From contig JAVECL010000054.1 in NCBI GenBank assembly GCA_051942245.1, forward strand, positions 1 to 64,000: a stretch of 64,000 bases of DNA, given 5' to 3'. This document shows, in pieces, positions 1 through 11,357 of the stretch; the first letter of the stretch is position 1, and every line of letters begins with the position of its first letter. The notes under the pieces are model-generated. The model saw nothing but the letters and a program-made list of their open reading frames with translations. It searched no databases and was not told the origin of the DNA. The position numbers and the translations under genes were made by a program. The stretch comes from Trypethelium eluteriae (Eukaryota).

Positions 1-196
1 GGCGAGGAGTATGACGAAGGGGGAGGCGCAGGCGTTAAGGGCGGAGTTGAAGGGGTTGTTGGCGCAGAGGGTTAATGTCGGTATTAGTGAGAGGTACTTG
101 ACAAGTGGTCGTCTCGATGTGGATCAGCTGCTGCAGGGCCGAAAGAATGGCGAGTTCCTGGGACCTGTAGAAGGACTGGGCTTCGATGGTATGTAG
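1..196 (+). CDS. MAK5: 3' end of a gene entering the window; C-terminus resembles fungal DEAD-box RNA helicase Mak5 (DDX24)
   Basis: Peptide LRAELKGLLAQRVNVGISERYLTSGRLDVDQLL matches my recollection of the Pezizomycotina Mak5 C-terminal tail. The helicase core is outside the window. Confidence 0.65.
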   Translation, partial: ARSMTKGEAQALRAELKGLLAQRVNVGISERYLTSGRLDVDQLLQGRKNGEFLGPVEGLGFDGM

Positions 197-1722
197 TAAG
201 TCAAGATTCTAGGCTGTAGAGAAATCTACCGATGACCAGTAAGTGTTGATTGCGCACAGCTGAACCCTTTATTCTCCTTTGTTCTAATGGATAATGTGTC
301 CTTTCATCTCTTTATTAGAAGAGATAAAGACAGCAAACGAGACGCAAACAGAGATGTCTCTGGCAATCAAGATTCAATCTAGTATATGGATAGGTCAGAT
401 AGCCTGTGGATTGAATAAGACAAGTCTTCCTATCTCCAATTTCAACAGTAAGTGATACTGATGGACCCACCCGTATCTACTCTTCAAGCGGTCAATAATT
501 CGCTCCGCATTGTGATCGTACTATCTTTGGAATGGAGCCACCAAGGGGATTCAGAGTCAATGTCCCGTAGAACTCTAAGGTAGATACAGGAGAAGGCTGT
601 TAGCCGAACATTTCACAATGGTGTGTCGTTGAAGTCTGTGATCCGCTGGGCTAGCCCGCTGAGATCATCGCTCCCTTTCGACTAGAGTAGCTTAGGATCC
701 CTTATTAGCCACCTGAGTTAATCTCCACGTAACCAGTTACGATAGGAGCGTCATAAGTTCGGCTTCATCAAATCACGACTATCGTAAACCCTATCAAAGT
801 CACATGACACACATTGATACCTATTTGTGTCTGGTCGGAGCATGAATGAAACGAAAACGAACAATCAGTAGATTTGCGAACAAGTCAGCAGGTTTCTATG
901 GGATTGTGTGATATCCAGACCTCCACCATAAGTACGCCTGCCAGCGCAGGACGCAGCTACAGCCGTAGGAATATTATCGGCGAGCAACATGTATAACGCA
1001 GTAAGTAGAGCTGCCGGCGATGATAGCTACTGTTGGTGGAGCGACAGCTATTTTTCTAAGCCAAGGATCTGCCTAACACTTTCGTTAAAGAATGGAACAG
1101 CAATTCAAGGTGCGCTACATCGTTCCAGCCCGCCATTCTCGCCTCAATCGAATACAGATGATCTCCCGCAGATCCTAGCTCTCAAAAAGTACCTTGGAGC
1201 TCTAAGCCAAGAGAGATTTATTGTACTCACTTCATGCACTGAGAAGAGCTTTGGACGATTGATCAACAGAACTTACATAACGTCGTATAGGTTCGCCGCC
1301 GGCGGAACTGCTTGCTCGAGTGAAACTCTTGCGACCTTAACTAGATCAGAGCCCAGAAGCAGCCTGTTCTTCGGTTGTGCTATGGCGAAAAGAAGATCTT
1401 CTGCTACTACTACGTATCACTCTGTTCCGTGGCGTTCGCCGGCACATGCAGCGGATGTAACCACGCATCGGAAACTTTCTTAAACGAAAGCTTAAAAAAA
1501 GACAAATAAAAAGTCTGAAGCAGCAGCAGAGGATGGGGGAACGGAATCAACGGCAAATACATAATCAGGAGTGCGAATTCAAGAAAAACTTCGCCCCTTA
1601 CGTTCGGGAACTCCGACGTTGCCCACTTGCACAATCGACTGTCCATTTAACGTCGCAGCTGCAGCCCATAGCCGAGATGCTCAAATTCTATGTTTTACTT
1701 GTGATATGACACCACAAATCTG

Positions 1723-3065
1723 ATGACGAAAGTTATATCCTCAACCCGGCCCGTTGTAGGTCCCTTGACGACTGTCTTTACGCCACCACCCGGTTGTTTT
1801 GACGTTTACAAAGGTGCAATCCCAAACATTTTGACCCAAGGGGTGTCATGCAGCTCTTCGTTTTGGGCTGAAGGCTTGCGGAGTGAGACGGATACGTATC
1901 TGAAGCCGAATGAGAACTGTTTCCCTCCTGGCCGAGTATTGGATGAGCAAATTGATATGGTGACGGGGCTGCTTCCCTACTCTCCTGGCTTGTTCTGCCC
2001 CTCTGGATATACGACGGCCTGCTCATCAGCGATTCTCCCGAAAGGGCTACCACCCGCAACGACCACGGACTCTAGTTTTGCATTCTCGCCAAATCTCCTT
2101 TCAGGCGAAACTGCGGCTGCGTGCTGTCCAAGGTGCGTCTTGCTCTCTTTTAGTCGATTTGCTTGGTGCTGAGATGATCCAAATTGAGGAAGGGGCTTCA
2201 GCTGTGTCCCCAACATTAATATCCTCGGTCCGAACGCTCAAGGAGGATGCATCTTAGCGCCTTCAACGGGTTCTATTTCTGTTACAAACTGTGGTGAAGG
2301 GCAACCTACTACTATTTCCCCTAACTTTAAGACCATTGGGACGGAGACTATCACAGGAACCAAAACGACATGGACAGAGCAAGAGCACATTCAATAGCAG
2401 CACTCTTGATCCCAATATACTGGAAAGCCGAGGATCGACTAATGACAAGCAAAAGTTCATCAACTCTTACAACGCCTGCGTCCTCCACAGTATCTCTAAC
2501 CTCGACATTTTCGGCTCAACCAAAAGGTGACCCTTCCGTTAGTACGAAGGTGGTAACCAGCAGTATCGTCCCTGCTCTAGCTATCCTGCTAGCAGTACTA
2601 CTCGTAGGTCTTGTGTTGCGCAGGAGAAGGAGAAGACGCGATACGAATTAATCACAAGGCGAATATAGAAAGCCGGAGCTGGAGGCTTTTAATTCGGCGA
2701 AGACTACCGCAAATCGTGGCCAACCAGCAGAACTTTGCGCCATAGATGAAGCCCGGGAAATAGGGATCGGAATTCCCCATGAGCTTGATGCGCCAATTAC
2801 AATACATGAACTCCAAGATCCAGGACATGACACCTTTGATGCGTCTCGTCAAGTAGGCCTCGACGTCGCCCATGAGATTGCAGAACAAGCAACTATGCAA
2901 GGGACTGAAGATCCTGAGTTTGTTTCTACCGATCATGCCTGTGGATTGGGAATCGAACCCGTTCATGAGCTTGAAGCACCAGCAACGGCCCATGTATCCC
3001 AAGCCTGTGACCGAGGAGGCTCCGCTGACCACGGCCGTATATTGAGGGTCAAAATCCCCCAGTAG
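1723..3065 (+). pseudogene. Fungal single-pass membrane protein (Cys/Thr-rich ectodomain, TM helix, cytoplasmic ELxx repeats), disrupted by a frameshift and an in-frame stop
   Basis: Family-typical GPLTTVFTPPPGC...YSPGLFCPSGYTTAC...AACCPR. Intron 2133-2192. Exon 2 frame stops at ~2395 while the IPIYWKAED motif, TM helix and RRRRRRR continue in another frame. TAA at 2649-2651 is followed in frame by SQGEYRKPELEA...HELDAP...HELEAP up to TAG 3063-3065. Confidence 0.65.
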
Positions 3066-4153
3066 GCCAAAAAAAGGGATAGTGTGACGGTGGTGGTTGG
3101 CGGGTGCTACGCTCTGATGCAAAATCGCGTCGTTAGACTTTCAAGCGGTCGCAATAATAGGTGCATGCTTCCAGAACTTCAGTTCACAGCCTCCTGGAGA
3201 GCAGATTAGGTTCCCCAAAATGCTGGCTAGTTGACGGCGGGAGCTTTCCATCTGCCACACACTGCTGTTCACTTAGCGAAGACGGTCATCAATCAAACGA
3301 TCAAAAAACATGTGATTGTCAGCGTATGATCTAGCGACTCTACAAATGAACGCTATGTTCGCACAGAAAATGACCTCCCCATACACCCAACTGGGCTAAA
3401 AGTATTAATGCGCTGACTCAGCAAAATTGCGCCCGGGTCAATCCTGGCCGTGGCCCTGGCTCATCTCCGCTCAGGCCTGCACCGCCACGGCTCATGCTCA
3501 TGCTCCGTTCAGTCGTGCTCAACCGTGCTTGGTCCTGCTCAGTCTTGGAGATATCTATTGCATGATCTGCAGCGCTCAAGAACGTCAATCGTCCGGAAAC
3601 GGCCACATGCTTGGAAGGCAACAGTGCCACCTTATCATCTGAATTGAGGCTTGCCTTCTCATTCGCAATGCCGTCTGACTTTCCAACGTTGCGGCTCCGC
3701 CACAGTATTTCATACCCCAGCAAATCAAGAAGATTGGTGGCTTGTCTCCCTACATTTCCTGCGCTGCCTTCTCTGTGCGGCGACAATGTTCTTCCAATGC
3801 ACCCTCTTTTCCTACATAAGTTTTTCGCCGCATTTTTTGCTGATTGCTTTCCGCAATCTTACGGCAAGAAGGCCGCAGGACGCTATTCAGCCTTGTAAGC
3901 TCAGCACGAGTGAAGAGTCACGCGTATGAGAACACCGCTGACTGTGGCTTAGCCAAATTCTCCGTGAAAGACACATCCGCAGTTGACGGACTTCTGAAGG
4001 TTCTAGCAAATCTATGATCGACGGGGCTTACAGTGGCCATCACTACCTTTGATCGAGGCATCGAGCTTGGCTTCGGTCTTGGAACCACTGCTCTGTTCCG
4101 AGTTCTGTCCTATCAGGGATTTTCTTAATCATTTTCTCATTTCTACCTTTTCT

Positions 4154-6214
4154 ATGCAAATCATGGAGCTCGAATGGATTCTCGTGATACTTTATTCGCC
4201 CCTTATTGTGGTCATTGTTCCCTTCGTGTTTCTCGCTGAACGCCTATTTCAGAACAAGGACGAAAAAGTGGAGCAAAGACACACAATAGTCGATTGGTAC
4301 TTTAAGATTATCGTGATTTTTATCGCTTTCGTCACATTCCCAAGAGTGATCCTGAATTATCTATGCCTGGGCTGGCTCGGAAATGGCGTTGTCATGTTCT
4401 TGGACATGATCTTTCTACTTTCGAAGAAGCTTGGTGAGATTTTATTCGTTTCTCCGCTCTTCTCAATAGCAATTCCTTTCCTTTACAACAAGTGGAATGA
4501 AAGGGTTTACAGGAATTTGCCACTCGCGAAAGGCCAGATTCGCGTTCTCTGTCTACCTCCCGGAAATCATTCGGATGACCTTTCTATTGATATGAGATGC
4601 GAGTCGTTGAAAGCGGGCCATTATGAAGCACTTTCATACTCATGGGGCGGCCATCTCGTCTTGCGCCGTATCATTCAAGTGAATGGTAGGTCATTTCTTG
4701 TTGCCGACACGGTACTGCAGGTCCTGCGTCAGCTTAGACATTCGAGTGGATCCCAAACGTTTTGGATTGACTCCGTATCTATAAATCAGGGAGATTTGAC
4801 GGAGAAAAATCAACAGGTACAGCTGATGCAAAGAATCTATCAGGAGGCGGAACGAGTGGTTGTTTGGCTTGGCAAAGCTCCTGCAAACCTTCACATTACG
4901 GCAAACTGTGTGTCTCTTCACGATCAATACTCCGTGCAGGGTACACCTCCTTTGACTACCCTGAACGAGCGTAGTCTCACATTAGCAAAGGAGATTATGC
5001 GTCGTCGATGGTGGAGTCGAGTTTGGATTGTCCAAGAAGTATCCCTGAACGATCAGGTCGACGTCCGAATCGGGAGCTATAAGTTCTCATGGCAGGACTT
5101 ATCAAAATTTCTGCAGTCTGTTGTCTCCTACTTGGAAGAATCCTCAAGCAAACCCTCTGGCAAATACCAAAAGATTCTTGACTTCATTCAGAACGTTTCC
5201 GACTTTCAACACCGTCTCCCCAACCCTCCAAACGGTCTGCTAGACCTCGCCATCAAATTTCGACATCGCACAGCTTCAAATCCGCTTGATAAATTGTATG
5301 GTCTGCAAGCTCTGCTGCAGCCGGACAATCCGACCATTATGAAGCCCGACTATAAGTTGGACTACCATCAGCTTTTCGCCCAATTTGCTTCAGCTCAGAT
5401 ATACAGAAGTCAATCGCTAGCCATTCTAGGGTTAGCAGAGATCTGTAATGTAACTCAGGCCTTTTGGGCCGTAGACTGGCAGCAATTGACGTCTGCCGAC
5501 TGGGCACAATTTGATCTTTTTGATTCTATGGAGAGTTTTGCTACTGACATTGCTCCGTTTTGGACTGGCGATCTGCTGCCTTCTTTCATTGAACGTTCTC
5601 GCAAATACTCTGCAGTCGGCGTTTTGTCCGATTCCTGTTGTCCTGGTACACCAGCGCGAGCTCTCTTGGATAGGCTTGGGTTCGACAAGAATCCCATCGA
5701 AACTCACGCCACTGATGGTGGTGAACCTCATGTGGAAATTCCAAATTCCAAATCCAGTATTCCTTGGTTTTCAATAAGAGTTACAGGATGGATCGTGGAT
5801 AAAGTTGCTGAGATCTCAGAAGTTTGGGACTTCAGAGCGGATCTAACGCAAGTGAGGAGAACTTGGGACAGGATCATCGGAAACCGTTTCGAGGAGCATC
5901 AGATTCGTGAACGTGCTGCAGCGGAGAGATGTGTGACAGCAGATGCCGTTCCGCCAGACAGTAATATAGCTTGCATACTGTATAGACGAGTGTTCAAAAC
6001 GGCAAAGGGGCGTCTTGGACTTGGTTCTGCAAAATGCAGAAGTGGCAATATTATCTGCGTCCTGGTTGGATCCAATGTTCCAGTTGTGCTAGACGAGTAT
6101 GTTTATGGATTTCATGGCCAAGCCTACGTCAATGATCTTATGGATTACCAAGGCGATATCGAAAAGGATATCAAGGATAGCAAGGTGAAATTAGAGCAAT
6201 TTACTATCTCCTAA
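4154..6214 (+). CDS. HET-domain (heterokaryon incompatibility, HET-6-like) protein with N-terminal hydrophobic/TM segments; intronless
   Basis: HET motifs YEALSYSWG, FWIDSVSINQGDLTEKNQQVQLMQRIYQEAERVVVWLG, WWSRVWIVQE, DKLYGLQAL and C-terminal GRLGLG...ICVLVGSNVPVVL...GQAYV. First ATG at 4154. Confidence 0.9.
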   Translation: MQIMELEWILVILYSPLIVVIVPFVFLAERLFQNKDEKVEQRHTIVDWYFKIIVIFIAFVTFPRVILNYLCLGWLGNGVVMFLDMIFLLSKKLGEILFVSPLFSIAIPFLYNKWNERVYRNLPLAKGQIRVLCLPPGNHSDDLSIDMRCESLKAGHYEALSYSWGGHLVLRRIIQVNGRSFLVADTVLQVLRQLRHSSGSQTFWIDSVSINQGDLTEKNQQVQLMQRIYQEAERVVVWLGKAPANLHITANCVSLHDQYSVQGTPPLTTLNERSLTLAKEIMRRRWWSRVWIVQEVSLNDQVDVRIGSYKFSWQDLSKFLQSVVSYLEESSSKPSGKYQKILDFIQNVSDFQHRLPNPPNGLLDLAIKFRHRTASNPLDKLYGLQALLQPDNPTIMKPDYKLDYHQLFAQFASAQIYRSQSLAILGLAEICNVTQAFWAVDWQQLTSADWAQFDLFDSMESFATDIAPFWTGDLLPSFIERSRKYSAVGVLSDSCCPGTPARALLDRLGFDKNPIETHATDGGEPHVEIPNSKSSIPWFSIRVTGWIVDKVAEISEVWDFRADLTQVRRTWDRIIGNRFEEHQIRERAAAERCVTADAVPPDSNIACILYRRVFKTAKGRLGLGSAKCRSGNIICVLVGSNVPVVLDEYVYGFHGQAYVNDLMDYQGDIEKDIKDSKVKLEQFTIS

Positions 6215-6269
6215 ATGGAAATCACACTACACTTTCGCAGTAATGTTAGCAACAGCAGAGCAAATTTAA

Positions 6270-6590
6270 TAAAAGTAAGGATTCGCTTTAAATATAACAT
6301 ACAGATAGTTAATATATGTAAGTTACTTACCGTTTATTACCTCCGTCACCTAGCTTAACGGCCCATACCATGGGATTCTATCCACAATCAGCTACACGCA
6401 AGAGGGTAGGGGTGTTATAGCGTTACAATGCTACGAGATTCTATCAATATCAATAGTTAACTACTGGGAGGTTAAGGGTCTTGGAGTGTTATCTAGATAT
6501 AAGTTAACCTCTTCTGAAGCTACCTTCCAGCGATGTTGCTAAAGTTTTACTATGAGTTGGCCAAAGACAAAGTATTACCGGGCTTTAAGG
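6270..6590 (-). pseudogene. AT/TpA-rich relic, probably a RIP-degraded coding fragment
   Basis: One minus frame reads YFVFGQLIVKL*QHRWKVASEEVNLYLDNTPRPLTSQ*LTIDIDRIS*...IPWYGPLS*VTEVIN with only TAG stops and ends at a GTAAGT donor. TpA is visibly enriched. Confidence 0.35.
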
Positions 6591-6803
6591 GGCCGCGAAT
6601 TAGGCTCCGATCAACTCAGAGGGTCCTGCAAATAGGACCCTTGCGAGCTCTGAAGGCTGCATTTGAGACTGCGGCCGCTGACTCAGCGCTCAAGTTACAC
6701 CTATGCGTAACTCACGTCCGGAAGCAGAAACGGATTTTATATGAGGTTATTTTGTCCTTGAATATTCCCCGCTATGCCTAAATGCGAACAATAACCCGCT
6801 TGT

Positions 6804-9800
6804 CTAGTATACCTCCAACACATATCTCAGATCATCCTTCAACTTCTCAATCTCTTTCCTACTATCTACCCTCTTCCCACTTGCCTTCGCATCAATAGCA
6901 ATCGCCTCCTCGAGGACATTTGTCACATCTGGCACCGGCCACGTTGGCCCACATAAGTAGAAACTTCCATGCTCATGCAAATACGCCTTCCGCACATCGT
7001 CCATCGTCTGCCGCATACGATCTTGGATATACACCTTCTGCGGCTGGTCCCGCGAAAACGCACGCCCAAGCAACGTGATGATACCCGCATCCTGATACGC
7101 TTCCCACTCCTCACCGTAGAGATATTCCTCGCGCTGGTGTCGGGAACCCATGTAGAGAAGGACGTCACCAACGGGCATCCCCTGCTGCTTCTGCCACGCA
7201 CGCTCTTGCACGAAGGCGCGGAACGGAGCAAGGCCCGTACCGAGACCGGCCATGATGAGGGGTGCCTCGGTGCGTGAAGGTAGTTTCATGACGGAGGGCT
7301 TGATCGAGACGGTGACCGGGGCTCCGACAGGCAAGGCGTCGAGGTAGCGAGTGGCCTGACCGAAACGGTCGCGTCCCTGGGGATCGACCCAGCCGACGGT
7401 GACGATGAGGAGGGAGACGGAGTCCGGTTGCACCTTTTGAGACGATGCGATGGAGTATTCACGGCGTTTCATGGGTGCGACTAGGCGAACGATGTCGTGG
7501 AATGAAGGGTGTGCGGACGGGAATTCAAGCAGGATGTCCGCATAGGTGATAGTGTCGACCTCAGCGCGTCGCTTGAACTCTACGACTGCTTCTTGATTCG
7601 CGCCGATGCCCAGAGCGAGAAGCTGTTGCTTCTCTGTATCCTTGTCGGCAAATTCGGAGAGGGCTTCGTAGAACCGCTTCGGTGGTCTCCCAAAAATGTC
7701 GACGTTCTGCATTAATGCTTGGTAGACAGTGCGATTCTCGAGCACGCTTGGATCTTCACGAGAAGGTACTTCGACTACTTCGTCTGGATTGAGGCCATAC
7801 CACTTGACGAATTCCTCCACTTCATGCTTATTGTTTTCAGCATGAATGCCGAGAGCTTCACCAATGTCGTATTTGAGTCCTGAATCACCCAGATCGAATT
7901 CGATGTGGAAGATATTTCGATCATAAGTCATTGGCGTGAGTCGACGGTGCTCTTTCACGTGCACGATAGCAGTCTTCGTACCTAGATCTGGCCGCAGATC
8001 ATTCTTGGTGCCATAAGCTTCTTTGAAAACAAAGCCTTTAGCAACGGTTTCCCAAGTTTTGAGATAGGATGGCGGCTCCTCCTCATTCTTTTCAAACTCG
8101 GAGAAGCTGTTGACGTTGATGTCCGCGGGTAACGAGAAGCTCTCAACTTCCGGTTCGAGTGTAGACCAGGACTCAGGAAGCTCAATTTTGCGAAGGGTCT
8201 TCTCAACTTCAGCAGCACCGGCATCCAGAACTTCTGGCAAGCTTCCGATACTTGTAGCGAGTTTCTTTCGGTCGGCCTCCAGAAGCTCGGGTCGAGCAAT
8301 CTTGAGAAATGCTAGCTGCGTTAAGAGGAGTTCGAGGGTTCGGTCTTCGGACACTTTGTTAGATAGAAGTGGGTCGAGGATAAAGAGTTGAATCTTCTTG
8401 GTAGTTACACCTTTACGTAAAGCGACAGGCAATTTCTTCTCCAAGTCTTCATCTTTCACGCCTGGGAGTCGGAGAACAAGCGTAGACTCGTCCTTTGTGC
8501 CGCTTAACACATCGAATTCTCCCAGGAGCTTCTCTTCGCCGACATATGTAACATCAGCTGCAGCAATCGAGTATGATGCCTCGATAGATCGGCTCGAACT
8601 TCGTAAATCCGTACGAGTCGTTCCACCCTGTACAAGATTGTCGTACCCACTACGCATAGAAACATTCGAAGCTGAGTCTAGGGAAAGCAACTGGCCCAAT
8701 GACCTAGGAGCCAAGGCAGCAATAGAGTCATCCAGGTCCCAAAAGGTATATTGTTTAGTAGAGTTATTCAGAGCATCGAGGCTTGGATGAGAGCCCACGT
8801 ATTCGTGAAGATCAATGTTGGTAGATGCGTGACGAAGATATCCGAGCATTTTCGCTGGGGTCCAGACCTCCTCAACAGAGTATCTGATATCTTTAACCAA
8901 TAGTGAGTTATTCAAGTCAGGTGAGAATGACGTTGCAGCAAGAACATCAGTATAAAGACGAGAGTGTCCTAGCGCGTCCGAATTGTCATGTTGCTGATTC
9001 GATTGCCCCAAGACGACAACAGCTTGGGTGGTCTTCGGAAGCGTTTCAACGAAAGCCTCTTCAACAAATGGACGGTAGACGCGAACATTCATCACACCGA
9101 TTCTCTCGCCGTCTTTTGCTAATTCTGTCACAATTTTGGTGGCAAGCATTGCTTCCACAGAACCGAACACCACCACAACAGTCTCTGCTTCGGGGTGCCC
9201 GTGATACTCAAAGAGCTTGTAGTCTGTTCCAAGCTCCTCATTCAGAGCTTGAAACAAGCGCAGAACCTTGCCCTCATTATCAACATGCTTCTTCTCCACA
9301 CCCGATGTGGCTTTCAGGACAGCGTTATAGTTTTCAGATAGACCAGATCTATCGAGGACATCCACAACTCTTGTCGTCTCCCGGCCAATATGGACACCAT
9401 CGTAAACGTGCATCGCGGGCATTGTGGTAGCAAGGAGGGTAGCAAGCAGAGACATGTGCTGAATCTCGTGTGGTGAGGTACTCGAAATCAAGGCCATGCC
9501 CAGATCTTCAGCTAAAGCCAAGCTCGAGACATAGTCCGAAACCAGGCTGCTTGAGGATCCTGCCGCATAATCGACAGCTGCTATATGGGCGACCACGGGG
9601 TTTGCCACCGAGTATAGTAGAGATAATTGGTCCAGCTGCGGTCTTAGATGTTGAAGGCTCGCGGATGAGGCGATGATCGATTGAGGAACGTGGCGCTTGC
9701 TCAAGTCGAAGTCCTTTGAAAACATATAGCCCAATGCAATTGATCCGGCCCCAGCTCTTGTTTGCATGGCAGACACGCCGGCGATGTCTCCGAAGATATT

Positions 9801-10028
9801 GCATTCATTTTGTGACCTCCACTGCTTGAGAGCAACATCGAGATCGAAGGTTTCGGGCGAATAGGTAAAAATTTTATCGGAAAGGGCATAGGCGACCTGT
9901 TGAACAAGCAGTTGTGCAGTCACGTAAGTAGGGCCATTGAGGGAAGAGAGAGATGGCAATTCGCCGAACGGAAGACTAGACGATTTTTCAAAAGCCTGGG
10001 AGTGTTTTCCTAGCAGCTGGTACGACAT
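6804..10028 (-). CDS. MET10: Sulfite reductase [NADPH] flavoprotein (alpha) subunit
   Basis: N-terminal PFOR-like domains (FEYHGHPEAETVVVVFGS), FAD-binding RREYSIASS, NADPH-binding MAGLGTGLAPFRAF, FYLCGP and terminal RYVLEVY. Likely start is ATG 10028; the track start is GTG. Confidence 0.95.
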   Translation of the reverse strand: MSYQLLGKHSQAFEKSSSLPFGELPSLSSLNGPTYVTAQLLVQQVAYALSDKIFTYSPETFDLDVALKQWRSQNECNIFGDIAGVSAMQTRAGAGSIALGYMFSKDFDLSKRHVPQSIIASSASLQHLRPQLDQLSLLYSVANPVVAHIAAVDYAAGSSSSLVSDYVSSLALAEDLGMALISSTSPHEIQHMSLLATLLATTMPAMHVYDGVHIGRETTRVVDVLDRSGLSENYNAVLKATSGVEKKHVDNEGKVLRLFQALNEELGTDYKLFEYHGHPEAETVVVVFGSVEAMLATKIVTELAKDGERIGVMNVRVYRPFVEEAFVETLPKTTQAVVVLGQSNQQHDNSDALGHSRLYTDVLAATSFSPDLNNSLLVKDIRYSVEEVWTPAKMLGYLRHASTNIDLHEYVGSHPSLDALNNSTKQYTFWDLDDSIAALAPRSLGQLLSLDSASNVSMRSGYDNLVQGGTTRTDLRSSSRSIEASYSIAAADVTYVGEEKLLGEFDVLSGTKDESTLVLRLPGVKDEDLEKKLPVALRKGVTTKKIQLFILDPLLSNKVSEDRTLELLLTQLAFLKIARPELLEADRKKLATSIGSLPEVLDAGAAEVEKTLRKIELPESWSTLEPEVESFSLPADINVNSFSEFEKNEEEPPSYLKTWETVAKGFVFKEAYGTKNDLRPDLGTKTAIVHVKEHRRLTPMTYDRNIFHIEFDLGDSGLKYDIGEALGIHAENNKHEVEEFVKWYGLNPDEVVEVPSREDPSVLENRTVYQALMQNVDIFGRPPKRFYEALSEFADKDTEKQQLLALGIGANQEAVVEFKRRAEVDTITYADILLEFPSAHPSFHDIVRLVAPMKRREYSIASSQKVQPDSVSLLIVTVGWVDPQGRDRFGQATRYLDALPVGAPVTVSIKPSVMKLPSRTEAPLIMAGLGTGLAPFRAFVQERAWQKQQGMPVGDVLLYMGSRHQREEYLYGEEWEAYQDAGIITLLGRAFSRDQPQKVYIQDRMRQTMDDVRKAYLHEHGSFYLCGPTWPVPDVTNVLEEAIAIDAKASGKRVDSRKEIEKLKDDLRYVLEVY

Positions 10029-11357
10029 CGCTGGGCCTGCGAACACTGCCTGCTGTGACTGTATATCTTCAGGACAGTTGAACCATCTATGTTATCGCAG
10101 TCCGCTGCAAAACGCAAGTTGGAAAGGTGTTTTCGCAGGGAGGGGCCGGGTAATTGACGATGAGTATGGGAAAAATTTCATGGCCTAGGCGTTGTACCGG
10201 GGTCTTCAATGCAGGGTCCTGGACAGTCTCTGACGCAAGAGGATTTCTAACCAGGTAATATTGTGCAGCGGTGGTCATCTTTACCTTACAAAGCCGCGTG
10301 CAGATTCATCTAAGATGGGGTGATGGCGTGCTTTGCCCGTGTGCCGATTTCGGCCGTGATTCTTTCGGATAAGCTTCCGCCGAGCTTCCAACTTCCATCT
10401 CCCATCTTTTCCATGCTGAATTGCTGCCTCTAGCACCGCCTCTCTGTGCCACACGCAATATTGTGCACGCCCTCGATTGACACTGCCTACTCCAGAAACT
10501 TACTGAACTTAGATAGAGGTGCTGAAATTTCTGGCAGTGCTCAAGGCCGACTGGGCTTGATGACACCTTGACCGACGGGTTTGAATCGACCTTCTGGATG
10601 CGAGTAGGTTCTTTAGATTGCAAGATGACCATTTACAATGGACTAAATTTCACTTGATATCCACTTATGGAATGGTCCTTCCACATGAAAGAATCGATGT
10701 TTTGGGATAATCACAAGACTCAGAAAAGCGCCAGGCCTCCATGCTTCCAATCGTGTCGTCATAACTGCAACGAAGTTCGCGGCAAATCTAGACGAGGTAG
10801 AGAATCCCGCTGAAGTTCAAGAATGACGGCGATTGGTATGAAGTCCGCGGAAAACCTGAGTCCGTATATACCATTATTGGTATTGCAGTCTGCTAAACTA
10901 AGGATTTAGACACGCTACTTAAGATCATCATTCCCTTTAAGCTAGCTCCCTCCAGCTATAAAGTGTAAGTCCTAAGCGCACTTGTCAAACTCATGCTTAT
11001 TCACGACAATCGTGTCTTAATTTTGCGAATGTAAGCAATGGCTTTTCGAAGGCTTCTTTCTATGGCAATATTTCATATTCAAGTCTCCTGGAATAATTTG
11101 ATATACGTCAATCTGCAATCTACATGAACTCACTAGAAAATCCTCTCAATGACAAGACTCAAGGACGTGGAGAAGCATCCACGGCACTCAAGACTCCAAC
11201 ACAGGGCAACTCTACCTTTCGAAGCCAAAGGCTCCTCTCCTCCACCTGAGACCACACCTCCCCATCGCATCTCCACATCTCAGAACCCCCTTTACGGGAC
11301 ATACTCTACAAAAAACTCCTCCACATCTCCTCCAGCTCGAGCTCGCTCCCCTTCCCA

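Noticed and set aside
200..1650. 164-aa ORF 989-1483 and possible transposon remnant
   Set aside because: No recognisable domain, terminal repeats or target-site duplication.
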